Assembly: GCA_963675745.2 (NCBI GenBank) | Contig: CAXXWX010000001.1 | Location: forward strand, 128,001 to 192,000 | Origin: Phycisphaerae bacterium | Lineage (GTDB): Bacteria; Planctomycetota; Phycisphaerae; UBA1845; Fen-1342 | DNA length: 64,000 nucleotides | Reading direction: 5' to 3' | Shown: positions 55,489 to 64,000 of the stretch, one piece after another | Numbering within the stretch: the stretch's first letter is position 1 | How the letters are laid out: the number at the start of each line of letters is the position of its first letter | Translations under genes and position numbers: made by a program | Notes under the pieces: model-generated | Seen by the model: the letters and a program-made list of their open reading frames with translations, nothing else | What the model was told of the DNA's origin: nothing | Database searches by the model: none

Positions 55489-56136
55489 TAGCGCTCCCCA
55501 AACAGCGCAAGCCCTCGCCGCCGGCCCTCGCGCGCCGGCTGAGCAGTGCGAGCGATACCACAAACCGCGGCATCCTCTACCGATCCTGGACCTTGCGCGC
55601 CAATCGCGGCCTTCGGCCAGGTCGGCAGCTTAGTCGATTCTAACGACCTGTCCCCAACTGCCGCAACAACGTCCTCGCGGCGTCGGAGGCCGCTGTTGCG
55701 CATAGGCGTGCAGAAAAACAGGAAATTGGGCGTGAGGTTGGCCGCTGTTTGTCGGTACCTATCTAGCGAGGTCGATCGCGCGGACTGGCTGGGCAGGCCC
55801 GGGGCGCCAGTCCGGCGTCGACCGACGAGTGCCGCCACCGCAGGCATCGCCACCGTCGCGCGGTCCGGGGCGCGATGCTGGCGCGTGGCAGCAGTTGGAT
55901 CAATCCGCCATTTCCCGCTTTGGTCGCGTATTCTCCCACATCGAAACGCCGCAGATTCGTCTTGGACGCGTGGTGCATACGGGTGGGTCGCATGCGTAAC
56001 ATATTCTGCTGAAACCACTTAAGCAGCGTGCGCCTCATGCACGCCGTGACCTTGCGTCTGGCACACATCTTGCTTTACAGTTATCTTTCGAGGTTTGGCG
56101 CGAGGCAGCTTGCTCACTCTGCGAGATGGTTCTGTT

Positions 56137-56481
56137 GTGAAACTGCTGGAGCGATTCTGGTTCGGCTGTGGTCACTGCACGGGCGAAGAATCTTGCCCGT
56201 TGTTGCAGGACGCGGCCAAGACGTATGAGATGCACCGCTGGTTTCGCGGGCCGACGCTCGTCGGGGTTGCGCTTGTGATTTTCATCGTGCCGCTGGCGAG
56301 TGCGATTGGCGGTGCGTTTCTGGCAGAGCGACTCTGGGCGGACGGCACGCCGGAGGCAACGCAACGATGGCAGATTATCGGGCTTTTTGCCGGCCTGATC
56401 GTCGGTGTCGCGCTCGCCAAGCTGCTGGTCCACCTGTCGCGCATTTCACGCCATGTGTGCAACGATGGAGGTATTGAATGA
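56137..56481 (+). CDS. RseC/MucC-like membrane protein preceding rnf
   Basis: CGHCTGEESC Cys cluster plus two TMs; stop overlaps the rnfC start. Confidence 0.65.
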   Translation: MKLLERFWFGCGHCTGEESCPLLQDAAKTYEMHRWFRGPTLVGVALVIFIVPLASAIGGAFLAERLWADGTPEATQRWQIIGLFAGLIVGVALAKLLVHLSRISRHVCNDGGIE

Positions 56482-57942
56482 TCGCTGCACTGAGGGAACG
56501 TCTCAGCGGCCTGAAGGGATTCTCACGCGGCATTCACCCTCCGCACCGCAAGCGTACCGAATCCAACCCGATCGAGATCTTCATCCCCAAGCAGAATGTG
56601 CTGCTGCCGCTGGTACAGCACATCGGGGCGGCCTGCGAGCCAAGCGTCAAGCCGAAGACGGCGGTGAAGCTGGGCGACAAGATTGCGGACGCCACCGCCT
56701 TCGTAACCGCCCCTATTCACGCGTCGATCAACGGGCAAGTGGTCATGTCGTCGATCACGCCCATCCCCGGCGGGCGGCGCGTGCCGGCGATACCGATCAA
56801 GCCCGACGCGGAAGGCGGCGTGCTGCCCGAGAATTTCAAGGACGACTTTCTGAGTCGCAATTGGGATGACGTCGAGCCGACCAGCTTTGATCCGGCGCAG
56901 ATTTGCGACGCGATCCGCGAGGGTGGAATCGTCGGGCTCGGCGGTGCCACCTTCCCCACACACATAAAGCTGCGTCGCAACAAAGAGCGCCCGATCGACA
57001 CACTGATCCTCAATGGCTGTGAGTGTGAACCATACCTCACCGCCGACCACCGCATGATGGTCGAGTGCCCCGAGGCGATCGTGGTGGGTATGCAGATCGC
57101 GGCACACGCGGCAGGCGTCAGCCGTTGCATCATAGCCATTGAAGCCAACAAGCCCGATGCCGTTGAAGAGATGCGCAAGGCCGCACGGGGGCGACCCAAC
57201 ATCGAGATCGCGGTCTGTGCGACCAAGTACCCGATGGGTGGCGAACGCCAGCTTATCGCGGCGGTTACGGGGCGCGAGGTGCCCAGCGCCCCCAAGGGCC
57301 TGCCGCTGGACGTCGGCTGCGTCGTGGTAAATGTCGCCACCGCACACAGCATCGCCCGGGCCGTGGCCCGGAATCAGCCGCTGACACATCGGGTCATCAC
57401 GATCACCGGCCACGGCGTTGAGAAACCGGGCAATTACCTGGCGCCAATCGGGACCATGCTCAGCGAGTTGATCGAGGGCGCCGCCGGTGGAGTACGGCCC
57501 ACAGCCCTGAAAGTGCTCGCCGGCGGACCGATGATGGCCCCCACGCTGCCGCACCTGGAAATGCCGGTCGTCAAAGGGCACCGGCGGCCTGACTGTGATG
57601 ACCGAGGAAGAGACCGCTCACTGGCAAGAAACGCCCTGCATCCGCTGCGGTCGCTGTATCGACAACTGCCCGCTCTTCCTCTCGCCGACCAAAATCGCCC
57701 ACGCGGTCAAGCATCGCGATTACGAGTATGCCGGCACGTTCGACATGATGGCGTGCATCGAGTGTGGGTGTTGTTCGTTCGTCTGTCCGGCGAAGATTCC
57801 CTTGACGCAGTACATCCGCGCCGGCAAGGGACAAATGCGTGTCATCGCCGCCCAGCAAAAGGCCAAAGAGGCCGAGCAAGCCAAAGCCAAGGAAGCAGAG
57901 CAGACGTGCGCGGCGAAAGAGGGATCAGAACCCGGGGCGTAA
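56478..57942 (+). CDS. rnfC: Rnf complex subunit C (one +1 frameshift near 57576-57578)
   Basis: QHIGA, GIVGLGGATFPTH, NGCECEPYLTAD, YPMGGE, GGPMM; removing one G restores VVKGTGGLTVM and joins CIRCGRCIDNCP and CIECGCCSFVCP. Confidence 0.92.
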
Positions 57943-57960
57943 GCGCCGGGCCGCGGCTTT

Positions 57961-58050
57961 CACCGGTTGAAAACCGGTGCCACAGTGAAACCGGTGCCAC
58001 AGTGAAACCGGTGCCACAGAGAGACCGGTGCCACAGATAGACCGGTGCCA
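57961..58050. repeat. GTGG-type REP-like hairpin amplified into five tandem 17-bp units
   Basis: CACCGGTT-GAA-AACCGGTG hairpin overlapping the first of AAACCGGTGCCACAGTG x2, AAACCGGTGCCACAGAG, AGACCGGTGCCACAGAT, AGACCGGTGCCA. Confidence 0.85.
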
Positions 58051-58091
58051 TCGCAGTCTGGAACAGCCTGTAGTCAGGAGCCCGCGACACG

Positions 58092-59247
58092 ATGAGTGAC
58101 GCAGTCAACCCTCCCGCCAAGAAGTCGCTGCCGGTGAAGGCGGCCGATGCGCCGGCGTTTCTGGTGAGTTCATCGCCACACCTGGCGGCCGGCGCCACCA
58201 CTCGGCAGATTATGTTCGAGGTTGTGGCCGCCATGGCGCCGCTATTCGTGGTTGCGGTCATCATGTTTCGCCAGTACGCCTTTTTCATCACGATTCCGTG
58301 TGTGCTCGGCTGCCTGGCCGCCGAGGCATTCGCCAATCGGCTGCGCGGACGCAGCATGTCCTCACTGGCGGACGGCTCGGCGATTGTCACCGGCATGATT
58401 CTGGCATTCTCACTTCCGCCGGCGTTGAATCCGTACATGGCGTTTATCGGGTGGGGTCGTCGCCATTCTGCTGGCCAAGGCCGTCTTTGGCGGGCTTGGT
58501 CAGAACCTGTTCAATCCGGCGATGGTCGGACGCGCGTTTCTGATGATCTGTTTTCCGGCGGCGATGGGCATGTGGACCGTACCGACAACGCTGGACCGTG
58601 TCGGTGATCCCGACGTTGACGGCGTCACCATGGCCACACCGCTGGGCGTGGCCACGGAAATCACCCAGGCCGACAAGGCCATGTCCACCACCAAGAGCCA
58701 GATCGACGCCGCTGAGACGCCCGAATCACGCGCCCGAGCGGAGTCAACGTACGGCGAGGCACTGGGAACTCATGCGGCCGCCATGCGGCGCATTCCCGCA
58801 TATCGCGACCTGTTCGTTGGCAATGTTGCCGGCTCGCTGGGCGAAACGAGTGTGCTCGCGGCCCTGGTTGGCGGGCTCTGGCTGTTAGTGCGTCGGATTG
58901 CGGACTGGCGTCAGCCGTTTGCGCTGCTCCTGACGGTTGCGATCGTCGCGACACTCGCGCACTGGATCGCGCCGAGCCGCTTCCAGGACCCGCTATTCCA
59001 TCTGACGAGCGGGGCCATGATCTTCGGCGCGTTTTTCATCGCGACTGACTATGTCGGCGCGCCGGTGAATCCGACCGGACGGCTGATTTTCGGCGCGGGC
59101 GTCGGCTTGCTGGTGATGATTATCCGCCTGTTCGGGGCATACCCCGAGGGCATGATGTTTGCCGTGCTGATCATGAACGCGTTGACGCCGGTCATCGAGC
59201 GGATGACGACGCCGACGCCATTCGGCGGCCACGTGGCCGATGCGTGA
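58092..59247 (+). CDS. rnfD: Rnf complex subunit D (one +1 frameshift near 58449-58456)
   Basis: SSSPHL, DGSAIVTG; removing one G restores KAVFGGLGQNLFNPAMVGRAFL; FMN site DGVTMATPL; GSLGETS; GAFFIATD; YPEG. Confidence 0.92.
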
Positions 59248-59270
59248 TGTGTCATAGGGCGCATCAGTCC

Positions 59271-59295
59271 CCCACCCCAAGGGATGGGGCACCCA
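59271..59295. repeat. REP-like palindrome between rnfD and rnfG
   Basis: CCCACCCC-AA-GGGATGGG imperfect hairpin followed by GCACCC. Confidence 0.4.
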
Positions 59296-59351
59296 TGCCC
59301 CCGCGCGTGGCACACTGTCGAACGCAGCACACAATCTGAAACGGTGATGAT

Positions 59352-59912
59352 GTGAGCAAGTTCATCGAGGAATCGTGGCTGGTGATAACGCTGGGCGTCG
59401 TGTTTGCGTGCCTGCTGGCGGCAACGCAGACGTCGCTACGCCCCATCATCGACGCCAACAAGGTCAAGGCGCTCAATGCGGCCATCGCCGAAGTCGTGCC
59501 CGATGTCGAGCACAGCGAAGCCCTCGAGATCGACGACAACGCGGTGTTCAAATGCACCGACGCCGACGGCACACTTGTCGGCTGGGCCATTCAGGCGAGC
59601 GGCGGCGGTTTCATCGACAAGATCACGCTGGTCGTCGGCCTGAATGCCGCGGCCGATACGATCGTCGGCATCAAGGTCATTGAGCACCTGGAGACTCCGG
59701 GGCTGGGCAACAAGATCGAGGCGGGCCACCCGTTCCCCGCGCAGTTCGCCGGCAAGTCGGCCACCGCGGAGTTGCGCGTTGAGAAACGGCCGCCCCAGGC
59801 CCCCACCGAGATCCAGGCGATTACCGGGGCGACGTGGTCGAGCCGCTACACGACGGACATCGTCAACACCGTAATCACGCGCATCAGGCCCAAACTCGAT
59901 GAGTATCGCTGA
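59352..59912 (+). CDS. rnfG: Rnf complex subunit G
   Basis: N-terminal TM, ETPGLGNKI, FMN site ITGATWSS. Confidence 0.92.
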   Translation: MSKFIEESWLVITLGVVFACLLAATQTSLRPIIDANKVKALNAAIAEVVPDVEHSEALEIDDNAVFKCTDADGTLVGWAIQASGGGFIDKITLVVGLNAAADTIVGIKVIEHLETPGLGNKIEAGHPFPAQFAGKSATAELRVEKRPPQAPTEIQAITGATWSSRYTTDIVNTVITRIRPKLDEYR

Positions 59913-59953
59913 CACCCGCAACTCCGAATCCTCGCTCACGTGAGAGCTGACTG

Positions 59954-60580
59954 ATGGCAAAGCAAGACGAATCAAACCTCCAGGTATTCAAGGCCGGCAT
60001 TCTGGACAACAACCCGGTGCTCGTGCAACTCCTGGGCATGTGTCCGACGCTGGCGGTCACGAACTCGTTGGAGAACGCGCTGGTGATGGGCGCCGCGGCG
60101 ACGTTTGTGGTCGTCATGTCCAACCTGATCACCAGCCTCCTGCGAAACCTGATCAAGCCGCACGTCCGCATCCTGATCTTCACGCTCACGATTGCGACAT
60201 TCGTGACCATCGCCGATCTGTTCCTAAAGGCGTACATGTACGACGTCAGCCAGAAACTCGGCGCGTTTATCCCGCTGATTATCGTGAACTGCATGATTAT
60301 CTGCCGGGCCGAGGTCGTGGCGATCAAGAGCGGCGTGGCCAAGTCGCTGGCCGACGCGTTCGGCATCGGGATCGGGTTTACGTTTGCGTTGGCGATACTG
60401 GGCGTTGTGCGCGAGCTGCTCGGCTCCGGCACGGTGCTCAAAATGCAGATCATGCCCCAGGCGTTCATCGACGGGCACACCTGGGTGCTGATGATCCTGC
60501 CGCCGGGCGCTTTTCTGACGCTGGGAGTGGTGGTGGGCGTGGTCAACCAGATACGGTCGGGCAGCAAGGGAGGCGCGTGA
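59954..60580 (+). CDS. rnfE: Rnf complex subunit E
   Basis: NPVLVQLLGMCPTLAVT, FIPLIIVNCMI, RELLGSG, LPPGAF. Confidence 0.94.
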   Translation: MAKQDESNLQVFKAGILDNNPVLVQLLGMCPTLAVTNSLENALVMGAAATFVVVMSNLITSLLRNLIKPHVRILIFTLTIATFVTIADLFLKAYMYDVSQKLGAFIPLIIVNCMIICRAEVVAIKSGVAKSLADAFGIGIGFTFALAILGVVRELLGSGTVLKMQIMPQAFIDGHTWVLMILPPGAFLTLGVVVGVVNQIRSGSKGGA

Positions 60581-61197
60581 TGGAACTGGGCACGCTGATC
60601 GGCATATTCCTGTCGGTTGTTTTGGTCAACAACCTGGTGCTCTCAGGCTTTCTGGGCATCTGTCCCTTCCTGGGTGTGTCGCGCAAGATCGATATGGCCT
60701 TCGGGATGGGCTGCGCCGTCACCTTCGTGATAACCATGTCGGGCATCGTAACCTGGTGCATCATGCACCTGCTTTTCCACACGATCGGCGCCCGGGTGTT
60801 CAATGACGCGTTGGCCCTGAACTTCCTGCAATACGTCGCGTTCATCATGGTCATCGCGAGCATGGTGCAGCTTGTCGAGATGTACCTCAAGAAGTTCTTT
60901 CCGCCGCTTTACACGGCCCTCGGCGTATTCCTGCCGCTGATCACGACCAACTGCGCGATCCTGGGCGCGTGCCTCTATATCTACATGAAGCCCGAGACCC
61001 AGAGCCTGCTGAACGCAACGGTGTATGCCTTTGGCGGCGGGCTGGGCTTCACGATGGCGATCACGATCATGGCGGGCATTCGCGAACACATCCGTTTCAG
61101 CGATGTGCCCAAGGCTTTCCAGGGCGCCGGCGTCACCCTGCTGGTGGCGGGTATTCTGGCACTGGCGTTTACAGGCTTCACCGGGATTGGGAAATGA
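60580..61197 (+). CDS. rnfA: Rnf complex subunit A
   Basis: True start ATG 60580 (TGATG overlap); VNNLVLSGFLGICPFLGVS, FLPLITTNCAILG, AGIRE. Confidence 0.94.
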   Translation: MELGTLIGIFLSVVLVNNLVLSGFLGICPFLGVSRKIDMAFGMGCAVTFVITMSGIVTWCIMHLLFHTIGARVFNDALALNFLQYVAFIMVIASMVQLVEMYLKKFFPPLYTALGVFLPLITTNCAILGACLYIYMKPETQSLLNATVYAFGGGLGFTMAITIMAGIREHIRFSDVPKAFQGAGVTLLVAGILALAFTGFTGIGK

Positions 61198-61201
61198 GGC
61201 G

Positions 61202-61302
61202 GCTATCAGCGATCAGCGGTCAGCCACAACAACGAACCGACCGCAGACCGATGCCTCTGTTTCTGTAGCTGACCGCTGACCGCTGAACGCTGAACGCTGA
61301 AC
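61202..61302. repeat. Inverted heptamer tandem repeats between rnfA and rnfB
   Basis: GCTATCA GCGATCA GCGGTCA (61202-61222) facing GCTGACC x2 and GCTGAAC x3 (61268-61302). Confidence 0.75.
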
Positions 61303-61329
61303 GCTCCATCAAGCGACGGAGAATCACCA

Positions 61330-62355
61330 ATGCAGTTCATCCTCGCAATTGCCGAGACACAACCGGCCGCCGGCGGGAGCGGAGTCATCACCGCCCTGCT
61401 GGTGGCGGCGATTGTGCTCTTTGCTCTCACGTTGATCTTCGCCACGCTGCTCGGCGTCGCAAAGGAAAAGCTGCGTGTCGATGAGGATCCGCGCATCGAG
61501 CAGGTAAACGAGGCGCTGCCCGCGGCCAACTGCGGCGGCTGCGGCTTTGCCGGCTGTGCCGATTTCGCCAAGGCCGTCGTTGAAGAGCGGGCTCCGTGCG
61601 ACGGTTGTCCGGTCGGCGGCGCTGATGTCGCCGCCGCCGTCGCGGCCATCCTCGGTATCGAAGTCGTCAAGACCTATCCATACCGCCCCGTTATACACTG
61701 TGGCGCCAAACGCGAAGACAAGCTCGGCCGAGTCACCTACGAGGGTGTCCAGTCATGCCTCGAAGCTCACACCGTCGGCACCACGCAAGCCTGCACTTAC
61801 GGCTGCCTGGGCTTTGGAGAGTGCGCCGCGGCGTGTAACTTTGACGCGCTGCACATGGTCGACGACAAACCGGTCATCGACTATGAGAAGTGCACCGGCT
61901 GCGGGGCGTGCGTGACGGCCTGCCCGCGCAATATCATCGAGCAGATCCCGTTCAAGCAGGAGCAGATGCTGGTCATCGCCTGCTCGAACAAGGAGCCCAT
62001 CAAGGCCGTCAAGCAGGTCTGCACCGTCGGATGTCTCGGCTGCAAACTCTGTCAGCGGATGTACTCCGACATCTTCGAGGTCAAAGACAACCAGGCGTTC
62101 ATCAATTACGTTAATTACACCGGTACCGAAGATCTCAGCGACGTGATCAAGAAGTGTCCGGCGGATGCGATGGTCTACCTGGGCAAGCCCAAACCACACT
62201 ACGCCGCACAATTGGCCGCGGGCACCGGCGATGACTCGGCACATGAAGACGTTGTCAAGGCACGCGGTGAGGCGGCCAAGGTTGCCGAACTCGACGACGC
62301 TGGCAAGAAAAAGGCCTTCGGTGACGACGAACCCCCGCGCGAGCCAATCCAGTAA
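61330..62355 (+). CDS. rnfB: Rnf complex subunit B (polyferredoxin)
   Basis: TM, LPAANCGGCGFAGC, CPVGG, GCLGFGECAAAC, CTGCGACVTACP, GCLGCKLC. Confidence 0.94.
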   Translation: MQFILAIAETQPAAGGSGVITALLVAAIVLFALTLIFATLLGVAKEKLRVDEDPRIEQVNEALPAANCGGCGFAGCADFAKAVVEERAPCDGCPVGGADVAAAVAAILGIEVVKTYPYRPVIHCGAKREDKLGRVTYEGVQSCLEAHTVGTTQACTYGCLGFGECAAACNFDALHMVDDKPVIDYEKCTGCGACVTACPRNIIEQIPFKQEQMLVIACSNKEPIKAVKQVCTVGCLGCKLCQRMYSDIFEVKDNQAFINYVNYTGTEDLSDVIKKCPADAMVYLGKPKPHYAAQLAAGTGDDSAHEDVVKARGEAAKVAELDDAGKKKAFGDDEPPREPIQ

Positions 62356-62442
62356 GCCGGCATAACCACCCCCGGAGCAGCCGCCCCCCGTGGCGGCCGT
62401 TGTATTCGAACGATCACGGCCTTTGGCCGCGGCGTTCGATGG

Positions 62443-63114
62443 TCAGCCGCTCAAAACACTCCAGACCATGCGCGCCACAACCACGTACGCATTCCCCCAC
62501 GACTCGGCGCGGAAGAACTGTACCGGGCTGCCGGGATCGCCGACGAATGGCCGCAGCACCCACCCCATCTGAATACCGACAAACGCATAAATCAGCAGCC
62601 ACGTGCGGAACATCAGCCGGTGACGCGGATTGCGCGCGATCAGCGGCGTGTAGTAGCCTCGCAAGACGTACTGCGCCGCCAGGCTCGCGATGAGAAACAT
62701 CAGCGCATTGAAGAGCACCGCCACCTGGTACCCGGCAAACGAGACATACCAGAACGCCGTGTACGGCGCGAGCGAGACGAGAATAACCGTGAGGGCCGCC
62801 TGCGCCGCCAGCAGAGCGCGAAGCACGGCGGCAAAATCGGCGCGCAGCCCGAAGAGCGTGTTGAGCACAAAAAAGCTCGGCAGACTGAGCGCAAACGTCG
62901 CGATCAGCAGCAGCGGCACCTTGGTGGCTGAGTAAAACACCTGCGCCAGGCGCTCGCCGGCCACTCCGCCAAACGACCCCATCACGCCGCCGTATATCAT
63001 CCCGGCGGTGACGGTGCAGGCCAGCAGGAGGCCGAGTGTGCGCTGCACCGGCTGGTGCTCTGGTGTCGCGCGGCCGCGGAGGATTGCGTCAGCTTGGCTG
63101 ATCCAGGCAGTCAT
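62443..63114 (-). CDS. Multi-pass membrane protein, paralog 1 (QMGWVLRPFVG motif)
   Basis: About five TMs; KVPLLL...LPSFFVLNTLFG; WVLRPFVG. Confidence 0.75.
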   Translation of the reverse strand: MTAWISQADAILRGRATPEHQPVQRTLGLLLACTVTAGMIYGGVMGSFGGVAGERLAQVFYSATKVPLLLIATFALSLPSFFVLNTLFGLRADFAAVLRALLAAQAALTVILVSLAPYTAFWYVSFAGYQVAVLFNALMFLIASLAAQYVLRGYYTPLIARNPRHRLMFRTWLLIYAFVGIQMGWVLRPFVGDPGSPVQFFRAESWGNAYVVVARMVWSVLSG

Positions 63115-63121
63115 ATCGTGG

Positions 63122-63955
63122 CTATGTGAACAGCGATCTGATGGTGCCGATCAGTGCTTCGAAGAAACTGGAGCAGCGCGGCCGGAACCACTGGAACTCC
63201 AGCGCCGGGTGGCCGATGAAGGGACGCAGTATCCACGACATCTGCGCGCCGACCAGTGCGAATATCACGAGCCAGCAGCGAAACACGGATTTCACATGCC
63301 GGCCGAGCACGTGTCCCTCAATCTGGTCGAGCGCGCCCAGGGGCGCTGGCGGTGCCTCGGACTCGCGGTCAGCGTTTGGCTGGTCGGGCGCGGTCTCGCC
63401 CGGAACCGGCGGGGTCGCGGACCGTGGCGCGTCCGGCGTGGCGGGAGGCTCCTGGCCGATGGTCAGCCGGTGCAGCGTTTGCAGCAAAAAAGCCAGACCC
63501 AGCGTACCCGCGACGGCAAACAGCACCACATTCAGCAGCACCATGAACGCGTAGTTTTCGGTGCTCAGCGAGAAGAACGCGGTGATCGGACCAAATGAAC
63601 CCAGCACGGCCATGGTCACTGTCAACCCCGCGATCAGCAACCTGAATACCGCGGCGATTGAAAGGCGCGATCCAACCAGCGCGTTGAACACATACAGCGA
63701 CGGAAAAGTGACGATGAGCGTCAGGAAAAACAATGCCGGCACCTTCAGTGTGGTGGCCAGCAGTTGCCGGTACTCGGGAACCTCGCGGTTGATCAGCGCA
63801 AACCACCCCATGAAAAACCCGTAGACCAACCCCAGTATGATCGTGACTACAATCACGCCGAACGTCGGGATACGGATGGTACCGTCGCGCAGATCGGCAA
63901 CACGCGTCGCCTCTCCGCGCAGGATGCGGTCCACAGCTTGCAGCCATTTCCACAT
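63122..63955 (-). CDS. Multi-pass membrane protein, paralog 2 (QMSWILRPFIG motif)
   Basis: KVPALF...FPSLYVFNALVG; WILRPFIG; same layout as its neighbour plus a Pro-rich loop. Confidence 0.75.
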   Translation of the reverse strand: MWKWLQAVDRILRGEATRVADLRDGTIRIPTFGVIVVTIILGLVYGFFMGWFALINREVPEYRQLLATTLKVPALFFLTLIVTFPSLYVFNALVGSRLSIAAVFRLLIAGLTVTMAVLGSFGPITAFFSLSTENYAFMVLLNVVLFAVAGTLGLAFLLQTLHRLTIGQEPPATPDAPRSATPPVPGETAPDQPNADRESEAPPAPLGALDQIEGHVLGRHVKSVFRCWLVIFALVGAQMSWILRPFIGHPALEFQWFRPRCSSFFEALIGTIRSLFT

Positions 63956-64000
63956 GTGAGCACCCTCGCGTGATTTGCAAAGTGCGGCGGCGACTGACGC

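Noticed and set aside
57579..58040. C-terminal extension of the 520-aa rnfC ORF, with apparent peptide repeats
   Set aside because: Out-of-frame read-through after the extra G; the real C-terminus is in the 57595-57942 frame
57961..58050. Possible CRISPR array
   Set aside because: Units are head-to-tail 17-mers with no unique spacers, and there are no cas genes in the window
60040..60579. N-terminal 180 aa of the 385-aa ORF as an rnfA fusion
   Set aside because: It overlaps rnfE in another frame; rnfA starts at ATG 60580

Overview
GC-rich bacterial DNA, most likely a planctomycete of class Phycisphaerae (inferred from a DUF1559/H-X9-DG prepilin-like gene, an ECF sigma next to a Ser/Thr kinase, and a CPxCGYDL zinc-ribbon membrane protein). 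The left 34 kb has two divergent blocks. (i) On the minus strand, a surface/export module: two tiny lipobox peptides, a TPR + outer-membrane beta-barrel, a FecR-like exported protein and a tandem Big-1 (invasin-type Ig) adhesin that runs off the window. (ii) On the plus strand, a near-complete type VI secretion locus: tssJ-like, tssK, tssL, tssM, tagF, tssA, tssB, tssC, hcp, tssE, tssF, tssG, clpV, plus a second gene fusing TssB and TssC; no vgrG or PAAR is visible. Its regulatory front end looks non-canonical: a ~1,580-aa receptor pseudokinase (HRD replaced by HGG) with four W/HWP repeats, a Big-1 domain about 60% identical over 40 aa to a repeat of the neighbouring adhesin, and a TagR-like FGE domain, then an FHA-less TagH-like coiled-coil protein, with no PppA. 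The right half is mostly housekeeping: macrodomain, GH130, alanine racemase, priA, diguanylate cyclase, pepC, an LCIB/theta-carbonic-anhydrase-like gene, SRP RNA-dnaX(A10 slippery site)-ybaB-recR, DUF72, an ECF/STK pair and an rseC-rnfCDGEAB operon with two single-G frameshifts that are probably sequencing errors. All calls come from reading motifs by eye; no database searches were run.
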